A DNA stretch of 64,000 nucleotides, taken from the IMG/VR virus record IMGVR_UViG_2718217807_000006; one strand, written 5' to 3'. The notes under the pieces were generated by a model that saw nothing but the letters and a program-made list of their open reading frames with translations, searched no databases and was not told the DNA's origin. This stretch comes from a virus. A program made the translations under genes and the position numbers. Positions 16,516 to 28,047 of the stretch are shown one piece after another (position 1 is the stretch's first letter; every line of letters starts with the position of its first letter).

Positions 16516-19500
16516 ATGGCAACCCTTCGCGAATTAATTATAAAAGTTTCAGCTAATTCTCAGTCCTTTCAGACCGAGATCGCTCGCGCCTCTCGCATGG
16601 GGGCCGATTATTATAAGACAATGCAAAGGGGGGGGCGGCAGGCGGCTGTTTCTGCACGCGAGACAAGACAGGCACTAGCCGAAGTATCTGCACAATTGTC
16701 AGAAACTAAAAACGCAGCTATGGGTATGGCTGGTGCGTTTGCCGGAGTTTTTGCGACTGGGCACCTAATCGCCCTTGCTGATGAGTGGAGTTCTGTGAAT
16801 GCACGTTTAAAACAGGCGTCAACATCAACCGATGATTTCTCCAATTCCCAACGATTACTTATGGATATCAGCCAGAAAACAGGGACAGCGTTCAGTGATA
16901 ACGCAGGTTTATTTGCTCGATCGGCAGCATCAATGCGTGAGTTTGGTTATTCCTCTGGCGATGTACTGAAAGTAACCGAGGCTATCAGCACGGGCCTTAA
17001 ATTATCTGGGGCCAGCACGTCAGAGGCTAGTTCTGTTATCACGCAGTTCAGCCAGGCGTTAGCTCAGGGAGTGTTGCGTGGAGAGGAGTTCAACTCTGTT
17101 AACGAAAACGGTGATCGAATCATCCGTGCTTTAGCGGCAGGTATGGGCGTTGCCCGCAAAGACCTCAAGGCGATGGCTGATAACGGACTGTTGACAATAG
17201 ATAAAGTGGTTCCGGCCATTACCGCTCAGTTGCGAGTGATGCAGGCTGAATTTGAATCAATGCCAAAAACGGTTTCAGGCTCAACTCAAAAGGTTGAAAA
17301 TGCTTTTCTTGCTTGGGTTGGCGGTACAAACGATGCTTATGGTGCCTCTGCAGCGCTTGCTGGTGGGCTTGACTCCCTGGCAGAGAACATTGATACAGTA
17401 GCAATGGCAGCAGGGGCATTAACGGCGATTGGAGTTACCCGTTTTCTTGGTAACTGGACGTTGCAATTAAAGTCGCACACCGAAGAGCTTATACGGGCCA
17501 GAGGTGCAGAAATTTCGAGTACAGCGGCCAAAATTGAGGGGGCAAATGCTTCACTTACACAGATCGAATCAGAAAAATCACTTCTCCTTTCAAATCAACG
17601 ATCGCTCGTGGCTCAATTAGAATTGGCGCAGACTGAAAAACAACGTGCGACTATCAGAACACTTCTGGCCAAAAACTCAATGGATATGGTAAAGGCTAAC
17701 AAAGCCGAGACCGCGACCGTTAATGAGCTATCAATGGCAAACCAGAGGCTGAATGCGCTAACCTCTGTTACAAGAACGGCATGGGCTGGCGTATCATCCT
17801 TATTTGGTGGCATTCCAGGGATTTTGATGCTGGGGGCAGGCGCCTGGTATACATGGTATCAGAATCAGGAACAGGCGCGTCAGTCTGCGATACAGTATGC
17901 CTCCACCCTTGATGAGGTGGTGGAAAAAGCGAAAGCCATGAGCGAAATTCAAATCAGAGGTTCTATTGCCGATTCTGGTGAATCCATTGACGCGCTCAAA
18001 GATAAGCTGGAGGACTTGAGGGATGCTCAAGCCGAGGCAGCTGCTGAAGTTCAGAAATATACGTCTCTCGCTCGACAAATGGGCGTTCTGAATGATCAAA
18101 ATAATGGTTACGTACAGAACGCTGCTAAATATCAGCGGGAATATAACAAAATATCCCGAGATATTGCTGATACTACATCTCAATTAAACAATGCTGTAGA
18201 TGCACAAAATAATTTACAAACAGAATTAGCCTCAAAAGTTCAGGCGTCGGCAGTTGCTTTTGACAAAATAAAAAACTCGATAATTGGTGCGCTGAATGTT
18301 AATGAAGCAATGGCAACTTCGCTATCAGTTACCATTCAATTCATGGACGAATTAAAAAAACGCTCTGGGAGCGGCCAGCCCCCAGCAGCTCAAACCAACA
18401 CGGCTTACGATAATTTTATAAAGCAACAGAAGGAGAGCATAGCCCTCTCTCAAAAAGAAGGTGTTGAGCGGGCCAAGCTTAAAGCGCTTCAGGATGCCAT
18501 CAAACAGGGAGCGGTTAGAACTGATAATAAAGGTAATATTTTACCGGGGCAGGATGAGCAGATCGCAGCTATTCAAGGTAATGCTGCTACAGACTTTAAA
18601 CTTAACGAATCGCAAAAAAAACCTCGCGGAAAGTCAGAGGTAGAAAAAAATGAAGATGCATATACCCGCATTGTTAAACAACAAGAAGAACAGATTGCAC
18701 TCGCCGGACAAAGCAATGAACTGGCAAAAATAAAATATCAGATAGTTCAGGGGGAGTTATCCTCACTCGATCAAGCTAAAAAAGAAACCCTTCTGCACAA
18801 TGCTGCGCTTATCGATCAGAAAAACATTGCTGAACAGTTAAAAACGTTCCGTGAGGGGCTCGCTGACAGCAACGCTGCTGCGCGTGATCGAGGGGATATT
18901 GATTTTCTTGGTGCCGGGATGGGGGATAAGGCCCGCGACCGCATGAAGGAAATGGCGGATATTCGCACTGATTTTCTCAAACAGCAGCGGGACCTGCAGC
19001 GGGATTTCAGCAAAGGTCAGATTTCTGAGGACCTGTACAAACAGCAAACGGAAGCGCTACAGGCGGCGCTTACTGAACGGCTCCAGATTCAGGAGGACTA
19101 CTACAAGAAAACCGATGAACAGCAGTCAGACTGGCGGGCGGGGATCAGCGATTCACTGATGAACTACGCCGATCAGGCTGCTGACCTCAGTTCAATGGCT
19201 GCCACCGCAACCAGCGAAATTCTGGATGCCACCACTAACTCTATCTCCAACAACATGACCAGCGTCCTGACTGGGGCGACTTCGTTCAAAGAGGGGATGT
19301 CGAATATCTTCAGCTCTCTGGGGGAAACGGTGATTAAGACGCTGATCCAGATGGCAACACAGGCATTAATCACCAAAGCGATTATGGCGTCGTTCGGCGG
19401 TGGGGCTGGTGGAATGTTCGGGAGTCTTCTTGGCGGAGGTGGGGGAGGTGGCAGCACCGGGACGGCCATTCAGAGCGCTGGCGCTAATTTTTCGTTTAAT

Positions 19501-19923
19501 GCTCTGGGTGGTGTCTACGATTCGCCTTCACTTTCCGCATACAGCGGCGGTGTATACAGCACTCCGCAGTATTTTGCGTTTGCAAAAGGGGCTGGTGTAT
19601 TCGGTGAAGCTGGGCCAGAAGCCATCATGCCGCTAACCCGTAGTGCTGATGGTTCGCTGGGGGTTCGTGCTGTAGGTCGTGAGTCCCCTGCGGTACAGAG
19701 CGCAGCAAGCCAGATTCAGGCACAGCCACGGATTGCTGTCAGCGTGGACGCACGAAGCACGTTCACCGGCAAACCCGATGACATAACGATGCAGGCTGTA
19801 GAGCGAAGAAATGATGCTCTTGAACAGCGGATAGTTAACACCTTAACCGCCGAGGTAAATAACCCACAGAAGAAATTCGGCCGGGCTATTTACTCCAATC
19901 TACAGCCAAAAAAACCACGATAA
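16516..19923 (+). CDS. Tail tape measure protein
   Basis: 1135 aa, Ala-rich helical; QFSQALAQGVLRGEEFNSV, GEAGPEAIMPL. Confidence 0.95.
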   Translation: MATLRELIIKVSANSQSFQTEIARASRMGADYYKTMQRGGRQAAVSARETRQALAEVSAQLSETKNAAMGMAGAFAGVFATGHLIALADEWSSVNARLKQASTSTDDFSNSQRLLMDISQKTGTAFSDNAGLFARSAASMREFGYSSGDVLKVTEAISTGLKLSGASTSEASSVITQFSQALAQGVLRGEEFNSVNENGDRIIRALAAGMGVARKDLKAMADNGLLTIDKVVPAITAQLRVMQAEFESMPKTVSGSTQKVENAFLAWVGGTNDAYGASAALAGGLDSLAENIDTVAMAAGALTAIGVTRFLGNWTLQLKSHTEELIRARGAEISSTAAKIEGANASLTQIESEKSLLLSNQRSLVAQLELAQTEKQRATIRTLLAKNSMDMVKANKAETATVNELSMANQRLNALTSVTRTAWAGVSSLFGGIPGILMLGAGAWYTWYQNQEQARQSAIQYASTLDEVVEKAKAMSEIQIRGSIADSGESIDALKDKLEDLRDAQAEAAAEVQKYTSLARQMGVLNDQNNGYVQNAAKYQREYNKISRDIADTTSQLNNAVDAQNNLQTELASKVQASAVAFDKIKNSIIGALNVNEAMATSLSVTIQFMDELKKRSGSGQPPAAQTNTAYDNFIKQQKESIALSQKEGVERAKLKALQDAIKQGAVRTDNKGNILPGQDEQIAAIQGNAATDFKLNESQKKPRGKSEVEKNEDAYTRIVKQQEEQIALAGQSNELAKIKYQIVQGELSSLDQAKKETLLHNAALIDQKNIAEQLKTFREGLADSNAAARDRGDIDFLGAGMGDKARDRMKEMADIRTDFLKQQRDLQRDFSKGQISEDLYKQQTEALQAALTERLQIQEDYYKKTDEQQSDWRAGISDSLMNYADQAADLSSMAATATSEILDATTNSISNNMTSVLTGATSFKEGMSNIFSSLGETVIKTLIQMATQALITKAIMASFGGGAGGMFGSLLGGGGGGGSTGTAIQSAGANFSFNALGGVYDSPSLSAYSGGVYSTPQYFAFAKGAGVFGEAGPEAIMPLTRSADGSLGVRAVGRESPAVQSAASQIQAQPRIAVSVDARSTFTGKPDDITMQAVERRNDALEQRIVNTLTAEVNNPQKKFGRAIYSNLQPKKPR

Positions 19924-19944
19924 ACCAGCCCGGAGGGAAAGTTA

Positions 19945-20418
19945 ATGGCGGATATTATCTATCCGGATGAGTACCTGCCTATGCCGCTGATGGACGGGTA
20001 CGGTTTTAAGCCCATATCACCGATACTGCGAACGGAAATGACGTCCGGTCGCGCTCAGCAGCGAAGGCGATACACCTCAACACCGACCCAGGCATCAGTT
20101 AAATGGATTTTTAAAACTGATGCGCTGGCGCAGGTATTTGAGGCTTTTTTCAGGGATGCGCTTAAAGATGGCCAGTCATGGTTCTATCTGAAACTCCAGA
20201 CCCCCATCGGGGTAAAGCCCTATAAAGCCAGGTTCGTGGATATTTACGAAGGGCCGACGCTGGTTGCGCCAAAATACTGGCAGTACAGCGCAACGCTGGA
20301 ATTATGGGAACGACCGTTACCGCCGGTTGGATGGGGAAATTACCCGGAATGGCTCGCTGGTCAGTCGTTACTGGATATTGCGCTAAACAAAGAGTGGCCG
20401 AAGCATGACAATTCTTGA
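19945..20418 (+). CDS. Distal tail protein
   Basis: ILRTEMTSGRAQQRRRYTS; first gene after TMP. Confidence 0.8.
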   Translation: MADIIYPDEYLPMPLMDGYGFKPISPILRTEMTSGRAQQRRRYTSTPTQASVKWIFKTDALAQVFEAFFRDALKDGQSWFYLKLQTPIGVKPYKARFVDIYEGPTLVAPKYWQYSATLELWERPLPPVGWGNYPEWLAGQSLLDIALNKEWPKHDNS

Positions 20419-20881
20419 GCGGCTATATGCTAGCAGCGGTTCGGAGGTTATCCACGACACGCTGCAGATATCGGCTGGCGATGATAACTACTGGTTAACC
20501 AGCGGCTGGGATGACGTTTCCGTAACGTTGGAAAATGGTCAGCCGGCGACGTTTGAAGCCTGCGCGATAGAAATTGCACTGCCAGCGCGAAATGCGGACG
20601 GAACGCAGGATCTGAAATTCGCCCTGAGTAATATTGACGGTGTCGTTTCTGGAGCCATCGATAAAGTTCTGGATGAAATGAAATCAGCCACGCTGACATT
20701 CCGGCGGTACATTTCATCCGATCTGTCTGCCCCGGCATCATCACCGTATACGCTCGATATTAAATCCGGCTCCTGGACCCCGACAGCAGTACAGGTCACG
20801 GCAGGCTATATGAATATTCTCAAAACAGCCTGGCCCCGTAAACGTTACAACCTCGCAGAGCATCCTGGCTTACGTTACTAA
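20405..20881 (+). CDS. Minor tail protein (DUF1833-like)
   Basis: MTILERLYASSG...WPRKRYNLAEHPGLRY; synteny. Confidence 0.8.
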   Translation: MTILERLYASSGSEVIHDTLQISAGDDNYWLTSGWDDVSVTLENGQPATFEACAIEIALPARNADGTQDLKFALSNIDGVVSGAIDKVLDEMKSATLTFRRYISSDLSAPASSPYTLDIKSGSWTPTAVQVTAGYMNILKTAWPRKRYNLAEHPGLRY

Positions 20882-20893
20882 TCTGAGGCAAAC

Positions 20894-21274
20894 ATGTTTG
20901 ACGCTGATAAATACCGTTCAGTCATCTGGCTGAAAGGCGGACGCGTATACCCGAAACTCGACTGTTTTGGCATTGTGAATGAAATCCGGCGTGATCTGGA
21001 GTTACCCCTCTGGCCTGACTTCGCTGGTGTAACCAAAGACGACGGCGGTCTCAATCGGGAGGCGAGAAAGTTGATGCTTTCCTTGCAACGCTGCGAGCCC
21101 TGCGAAGGTGCTGGCGTGGCCTGCTATTCCGGCTCAACGGTTACGCATGTCGGGATCGTTGTCATGCTCGATAACCAGCTGCAGGTTGCGGAATGTAATC
21201 CAGGCTCGGGGGTTACGTTTCTGCCACTGGCGCGATTCATACGAAGGTTTAACCGCGTGGAGTTCTGGCAATGA
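20894..21274 (+). CDS. NlpC/P60-like tail-associated protein
   Basis: GGRVYPKLDCFG and THVGIV Cys/His motifs. Confidence 0.85.
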   Translation: MFDADKYRSVIWLKGGRVYPKLDCFGIVNEIRRDLELPLWPDFAGVTKDDGGLNREARKLMLSLQRCEPCEGAGVACYSGSTVTHVGIVVMLDNQLQVAECNPGSGVTFLPLARFIRRFNRVEFWQ

Positions 21275-24200
21275 CGATAAAGTTTTTTCCGTCCCGGTTG
21301 CCGGGTGAACCCCTGGAGACGCACGAACATGGCGCGATGACCCTGCATGAGTGGATGGCCAGGAATGTCCCGAGCTACTCGCAGGACAGAAAGCATCCTG
21401 TTGCGGTCGAACTGGACGGCCGGGCTGTTCCACCTGCGGAATGGCCACTATGTTTGCTGCGGCCAGACAGCGATGTGCGGATTTACCCGATCCCGTATGG
21501 AACCGGCCTGGAAATCGCCGTGTGGGTATCGGTTGCCGTATCTATTGCCTCTACGGCCTATGCGCTGTTTTTCGCCCCGAAACCAGAGCTGGGCGGGTTT
21601 TCGTCAGGCAATTCAGTATCACTGGACCTGAACCCGGCAAAAGCGAATACAGCTAAGCTTGGCGATCCTGTTCGTGAGGTATTCGGAAGAAACAGAATTT
21701 ATCCGGATTACCTGGTGCAGCCGGTCACTCGCTTTGACCCCAATGATCCCACCCGGATGACGGTCGAAATGTTTGTGTGCCTCGGGTATGGACGTTTCTC
21801 TTATACCGGCGGTGATTTTCGGGTGGGTGAAACTCCTGCTCTGCCGTTAGGCGATGGCTTTTCTTATACCAGCTATGGTCCGGGCGATAACGTGGCGGGG
21901 GACCGTCGCAGCGAGGTCTGGTTCAACTCAACGGAAGTCGGGGGAACGTCAAGTGGTAGCGGCCTCGATATGGCTCAGACTGCTCCTGAAGCCAGTGATA
22001 TCGTTGCTGATGCCATGACTGTTAGCGGTGCATCTGTTTCGTTTTCAGGTCTCGATGTCGACGATGACAACGATGATGATGAAGATGAGAACAAGCTGCC
22101 TCCTGGCTAGATTGAGGGTGCAATTGTCACTCTGAAAGCGCCGGTGAATTATCAGGTATCGATTGAGGATGGTTTTAACGTTCTGACAGGTGACGCCGTC
22201 AAAGAAGTGGCGCCATATAATGGTATGCCTGTAACGCTGACGTTTAGCGGTACCGATTATGATCTGCAGATTGCCACGTATACCCCTCACCAGGACGCCG
22301 TTCCGGGAACGGGTGGATCGACTGCAGCATTGCGCGCCAGTGCGTCGCCAGCCACGTATGATTTTACGACAACCAGCCAGACGTTTGCTCTGACCTGGCA
22401 GGGCGTCACCTATACCCTGTCCCTGGTTGCTGACTACGGCACAATGTCTGGTTTGCTGGCGGCGATTAACAGCGGGCTCACCGGATCGGGGTTGATTGCT
22501 CAGGATGACGGCGGCGTGATTCGTATCGTGGAAATCTCCAGCCCGTGGCGTGGCGGTTCCATTACGTCATCATTCCTGCCCGTGTCAGTTTTTGGCGACA
22601 GCCCTGTGTTTACTGCCGGTACAGCATCCAGTGGCGGAAGCCCGGCGGTCACAGCCAGTGTCAGGCTGGCATACGATTCCGGTACCGCATTTTCTGGCCT
22701 GCCGGACGGCACGCAGCGGATTTCCCTGGCTCACCGTGGCAACGAATACCAGATAGCATCGACTGACGGAGCGTCTGCGACCGTACAGAGAGTGGTTAAC
22801 GGTGCCGTTGACAACACCTGGTCAGGTTTTCTGACCCGTACCGTCGTGGATTTTGCCGCGTCTGGTATCAACGATAATGAAACCTGGCTCGGCCCCTTTC
22901 TGGCCTCCCCGCAAAATGAAGTTGTGGACGCCTTCGAGGTCAACTTTGCTTTCCCAAACGGAATTTGCGGATTCCAGAACAACGGGAATAAGCGGGTTCG
23001 CCATGTTGAGTATGAAATTCAGTACCGCGTATATGGTTCCGGATCAGGGTGGACGAGTAAGCAGGGGGTGTACGCGCTTAAAAACGTTAATGGCCTCGGT
23101 TTTACAGAGCGTTTTGATCTGTCTTCACCCGGGCTGGTGGAGGTTCGATGCCGCCGCCGCAACGAGCAGGGGAGCAACAACGCGAGAGACAGCATGTTCT
23201 GGCAGGCGCTCAGAGGTCGTTTGCTTTCCCGTCCGACCTCCTACGCAGGGATATCAACAATAGGGATCACGGTTGAAACCGGCGGCCAGCTGGCGGCGCA
23301 GTCAGACAAGCGTGTGAGTGTTGTCGCCACGCGAAACTATGATGGCGGTGGTGACAGGACAATCAGCGGGGCATTCCTGCATCTGGCCCGCAGTCTGGGT
23401 TATCGCGACGACCAGATCGACATTTCCACAATTAACATGCTTGAGGCTAACTACTGGACGCCACGAGGCGAGTATTTTGACCATCAGGCAAGCAGTGACA
23501 GCACGTCCGCAAAGGATATTTTCGATAAGATTGCTGAAGCAGGCATGGGGTATTTTCTGCTGTCTGACGGCTTACTTTCCGTCGGGCGTGAAGGGGTCAA
23601 AAGCTGGACCGGAATCATCACCCCCCAGGATACTGTCGAAGAAATGCAGACATCATTCAGGGTGCCTTCGGGGGACGATTTTGATGGCGTGGATGTGAAA
23701 TACATCAATCCCGTGACCTGGGCGGAGGAGACCGTACAGTGCCGGACGCCTGAGAATCCGTTCCCCCGGAAAACGGAGGCTTACACCATCGATGTCGTCA
23801 TGACAGCGGATCGTGCCTGGCGTATCGGGATGCGCCGGTTAATGAAATATCTTCATCAACGCCGGACGTATACGGCTACAACTGCAATGCTGGGATGGTG
23901 CCATGATTTTGGTGACCACATCATTTTGTCAGATGATATTCGAACCGGGAAAACCCAAAGTTGCCTGATTGACGCAATGACATACGACTTTCAGGAAATA
24001 ACGTTACATGTCACCGAGCCTCTGGACTGGAGCTATACAAATCCCCGGTGCTGGATACAGTTTCAGAACAGTCGTCCATCGTCACGGATGCTGACGCCGC
24101 AGCGGATAGATGATTTCACTCTTACCATACCTTACAACGACGATCTGCACCCGGAAGACTGGATTATGGACGACCCTGATATTGATCTACCGCGTTTGCT

Positions 24201-24348
24201 GTTCTGCGACAGTGAAAAAGGTGCCCGGCATGGGATAGTCCAGGAGGTAGCCCCCTCCGGTGACAGCAACTGTCAGATTACCGCGCCGGAATATAAAGAA
24301 ATTTTCTACGCCTACGACGACGCCACATACCCCGGCGACGTCTCGTAA
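21271..24348 (+). pseudogene. Tail tip/host-specificity protein (gpI+gpJ-like) interrupted by an in-frame TAG at 22108-22110
   Basis: ORFs 21271..22110 and 22144..24348 are in the same frame with no other stop between them; context CCT CCT GGC TAG ATT GAG GGT suggests TGG>TAG. Confidence 0.8.
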
Positions 24349-24425
24349 TACCCCGTAAAAACCCCTTATTAACTCTTTTCGCTCAAACCCTCGTTTGCGC
24401 GAACGCCTTTTTTGGAGCAAAAAAT

Positions 24426-26558
24426 ATGGCCTTTAATCCGCCGTTGGGGAGCACGTCTCCCGAGGTGTTGGTCGGTAATGCCAAACGTCTCGATGAGCTG
24501 GTGAACGGCCCCGCCGCCGACGTTCCCGATCGTGGTGGTGATCCTCTGGACTCCTGGCGTTTGATAATGGAACAAAACCAGACACGCGTAGAGCAACTGG
24601 ACGATATCATTACCTCTCTTGATACTGCGAGCTTCACTTTCCCGGACGAACCCGCAGGCATCGCTGGCACGACTGATGGTCAGTATTTCCGCGTTCCTCA
24701 GGGGGAAGGGAACGTTGTCGGATTTAATTATTATAAAAACAGCGCAGGTGTGGCAGTCATTGTTGCATCAGTTGCATCTGCAGAAATTACTAAATTGCTG
24801 GGCATGACCGATGATTCTGGTCTCGTACGGACAGTTTCATCTGATGGAAAGGTTACGGAAGTAAAAACAGAGACCGGTGATAATTATCTGGCGGGGATGG
24901 ACGAAAGCATTCAGGAGATGGCGTCGCGAAGTGGAAAAGACACAACTGGCAACCTGCATTCTGCAACAGATAAAGACGGTCTACAGCTTATCATCACCGA
25001 TGCTGAAGGGAAAATTCGCATCCCTCTGTCTGACTTCACTTTGCAGGACCTTCTGGCTCAGGTTCAGCCTGTTCCCGGGCCGTTTCTCAATACGCTGAGT
25101 GCGGCCGATAAGGCGGCATATGGCTATATTGATGAGCTGGGCGGACTCAACCTTCCGGGGATTCCGACATCCGTCAACAATATGCTGAACAGTCTTTCCC
25201 GGCGCGTGCAGCAGCAGGCAGATAGCCGGTTTCTCACCAGTATCAAGGACTATGGATGGGATCCGAACAGCGAGGAAGATGCACGACAGGTGATTCAGCG
25301 CGCAATCCGGGACATGGCCCGTAATCCGTATGGTGGTGTGATTTACTTGCCGCCAGGAGTATACCGGCTGAGTTCTTTCCTCACGCCCGCGCCGAACGTA
25401 TCGATTATTGGCGCCGGTACCGGCAAAACAATCCTGATGCCGTATGGCTCATATTCGGCGCTCCAGTTCACCACATCACCGACGAACCCCATCCCGGAAC
25501 TGACGGATTTTGTGTATTCCGATTTTGAAGTGGATTGTCAGGACCAGGTGTTGCCGGATGAGGGTTATCTCCCCAGGACTAAGGGGCTGTATTTTAATTT
25601 CTACCGCCGCGGCCACCTGCACCGCCTGCGCGTGCGAAACTCTGGCGCTACGGGGATCGGCATCGACTTTGCGCGCGATTCCGCGATTACTGAATGCGTG
25701 GTGGAGAATTTCGGTCGGCTGGCACCGTCGGGTAACGATAACCCTGCGGGGGCATCTGGTCTCGGATTAGGGGCTGGCGGTACGCAGAGCGAGCCGCTGT
25801 ATGTTGCTGGCAACTTCTGCCGCAACGGGAAGAACTTCGGGATCTTTCTTGAGAAGCAGCACGGAACAAATGCGCCTTACAGCTCTGAACACACGATAGT
25901 CACCGGCAACACATGTACAGGGAATAATGCTGGCCTGGGTGATTGTGGTGTTGATGGCATGATCGCTACCAATAACAACTTCTCAGAAAATAATTATGGC
26001 GTGATTATCAGTCCGGGAACTGTGCTGGCATATCCCGGTTCGCGCGGGCGTCTGCAGTGCAATATTATCGCCAAAAATGCTAAACATGGCGTCTATTACA
26101 ACAGCACGACTGAGCAGCGAGACGGCGAATACCAGATTGACAGCAATACCATCCGTGATAATGGCGAAGATGGAATTAACCTCAAAGCGCCAGGCCAGGA
26201 AGTCCGCAGTATGTTTATCCAGGGGAATGACGTTTATCGAAACGGACGGCATGGTCTGAACCTGGAAGACGGGACGGCGATCAATATGGATGTGGTAAAC
26301 AACCGCTTCTGGAATAACGGCCTGACCGCTTCCGGGAACGGAATTAATCTGGCCTCAGAAGTTAAGCTCAGCTCGTTAAGCGCAAATAAAATTCGCGACA
26401 TCCAGTCTACGCCTACTCAGCAATATCCTGTTTATGCCAGCGGTACGCTTACCGATGTCGATATTTCATTTAACCACTGCGTGGGTAACGCGCAGAACAC
26501 ACTAAATCTGACCGGCACGCAAACCCGCGTCACTACGCTTAATAATCCAGGAATCTGA
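24426..26558 (+). CDS. Tailspike / putative polysaccharide depolymerase (right-handed beta-helix)
   Basis: Anchor N-terminus MAFNPPLGSTSPEVL; GVIYLPPGVYRL; Asn/Gly-rich parallel beta-helix repeats. Confidence 0.85.
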   Translation: MAFNPPLGSTSPEVLVGNAKRLDELVNGPAADVPDRGGDPLDSWRLIMEQNQTRVEQLDDIITSLDTASFTFPDEPAGIAGTTDGQYFRVPQGEGNVVGFNYYKNSAGVAVIVASVASAEITKLLGMTDDSGLVRTVSSDGKVTEVKTETGDNYLAGMDESIQEMASRSGKDTTGNLHSATDKDGLQLIITDAEGKIRIPLSDFTLQDLLAQVQPVPGPFLNTLSAADKAAYGYIDELGGLNLPGIPTSVNNMLNSLSRRVQQQADSRFLTSIKDYGWDPNSEEDARQVIQRAIRDMARNPYGGVIYLPPGVYRLSSFLTPAPNVSIIGAGTGKTILMPYGSYSALQFTTSPTNPIPELTDFVYSDFEVDCQDQVLPDEGYLPRTKGLYFNFYRRGHLHRLRVRNSGATGIGIDFARDSAITECVVENFGRLAPSGNDNPAGASGLGLGAGGTQSEPLYVAGNFCRNGKNFGIFLEKQHGTNAPYSSEHTIVTGNTCTGNNAGLGDCGVDGMIATNNNFSENNYGVIISPGTVLAYPGSRGRLQCNIIAKNAKHGVYYNSTTEQRDGEYQIDSNTIRDNGEDGINLKAPGQEVRSMFIQGNDVYRNGRHGLNLEDGTAINMDVVNNRFWNNGLTASGNGINLASEVKLSSLSANKIRDIQSTPTQQYPVYASGTLTDVDISFNHCVGNAQNTLNLTGTQTRVTTLNNPGI

Positions 26559-26560
26559 CA

Positions 26561-27961
26561 ATGGCAACTCAAATCAAGAGCAATAAAACTTATCAGGGCG
26601 ATGCTGCCGCACTTCCGTCTCCGCAGGCCCCGATGCCGAAACTGGCCAGTCTTTACCTGGACTTTGAGAAAGAGCTGTATATTGCTCTCGGCAGAACAAC
26701 GGGTTATGCAATTCGTAGTCGTCGCCTGGCTGATGTTGTGACCTTTACCCGCGCATCAGAAACAACCCGGGTAAATAAAAGCGGCCTGATAGAGTATCTG
26801 GCGTCCGGTGAAGCTGCGATCGAATATGATCCGATTACTGGTGAGTGCCTGGGGCTTCGCGTTGCTGCAGGGGTAACTAACCTTGCGGCCAATAGTGAAA
26901 ACTTTTCTGGCACGACCTGGACAAAATCGGGCGTGTCCACCACGGCCGCCAAAACAATCGCACCTGATGGTAACGTCTCTGCATCACCCTTCAATGAAAG
27001 CACTGACAGCGCTGATACTGTGCACTTTATGCAGGAAAATTCCACTCCGGCCGCCACCGTGGGAAGTCCTGTCACATTCAGTATTTTTGCGAAAGCGAAT
27101 ACCGCGAGTGTTATCCAGCTGGTCGCTCAGGGTGCAGTAACAACGACGCAGTTTGCAAACTTCGATCTGGTCAACGGCTTAAGAACCCGTAGCTCGTCCG
27201 GCATCCTGCAGACAAGTATGCGGAAATATAAAAATGGCTGGTACCGTCTGAGTATCACCATTACCCCTGCGGGCACAGCCTCCCCGCAGTTCACACTGGC
27301 GCTTGTGAATGATGTGACATCAGCCGCTGCGTTGCCAGCCTATACAGGTTCAGGGAAGGGTGTTTACATCTGGGGGGCGCAGATTGAAAACTGGGACGGT
27401 GTTACGCCGTACATCCCGACAGCTGGCGCAACTATGACCCGGCCTGATGAGGTCTGCACCGTTCGTACCGATCTGGATTTTATGGCTGCTGACCGCGGGG
27501 CAATTTTTGCTGATTACAACATGCCCGCCAGCCTGCAGGCGATGAGCGGGGTTTATAATGCCGGGCAAGCCATTGTCTGCCTTGACAATGATTCTGTGGC
27601 TGAGTATGTGAACTTTATGAACCGTCGCATCAGTAACAGCATCACCAATCAGAACCTGACTGCAGCAGCTAAAATTGTCGGTAGTTCAGAGATAACCGTG
27701 GAAGTTAAACGTTTAGGGCAAGTGAGAAACGGCCATCAGGCCTTCATCAGTTCGTTTATTAACGACGATATGCGTGTATTTGATGGCATCAACAAATACA
27801 GCGGTGCGCCGCTTGTATCAACTCAGCTGAACCGCTTAATGATTGGACGGGCCAGAACGACCCCTGGCGCTGTTTCAAACGCATACCTGAAGCGCCTGGT
27901 TTACTACCCGACAACGTTAGCTGATGCTGATTTAGTATCTCAGTTTAATGCGTTGTCGTAG
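26561..27961 (+). CDS. Second virion fibre/spike protein with carbohydrate-binding/LamG-like domains
   Basis: TFTRAS...GECLGLRV..TNLAANSENF, NGWYRLSIT, YIWGAQIE..TPYIPT motifs. Confidence 0.7.
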   Translation: MATQIKSNKTYQGDAAALPSPQAPMPKLASLYLDFEKELYIALGRTTGYAIRSRRLADVVTFTRASETTRVNKSGLIEYLASGEAAIEYDPITGECLGLRVAAGVTNLAANSENFSGTTWTKSGVSTTAAKTIAPDGNVSASPFNESTDSADTVHFMQENSTPAATVGSPVTFSIFAKANTASVIQLVAQGAVTTTQFANFDLVNGLRTRSSSGILQTSMRKYKNGWYRLSITITPAGTASPQFTLALVNDVTSAAALPAYTGSGKGVYIWGAQIENWDGVTPYIPTAGATMTRPDEVCTVRTDLDFMAADRGAIFADYNMPASLQAMSGVYNAGQAIVCLDNDSVAEYVNFMNRRISNSITNQNLTAAAKIVGSSEITVEVKRLGQVRNGHQAFISSFINDDMRVFDGINKYSGAPLVSTQLNRLMIGRARTTPGAVSNAYLKRLVYYPTTLADADLVSQFNALS

Positions 27962-28005
27962 CAATAACCTGCGGCTGTCACGAAAATTGATAGCCGCCGC
28001 CTTTC

Positions 28006-28047
28006 TTGATCTGCCCGCTTATAAATATTACTGTATATATAACCAGT
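28006..28047 (+). promoter_or_regulatory. SOS promoter: -35 TTGATC (28006), 17 bp spacer, -10 TACTGT (28029), LexA box CTGTATATATAACCAG (28031-28046)
   Basis: CTG-N10-CAG with TA-rich spacer overlapping a -10 element. Confidence 0.9.

Noticed and set aside
16628..16635. G8 tract in the tape measure gene
   Set aside because: The frame is intact; explained by Arg/Gly codons.
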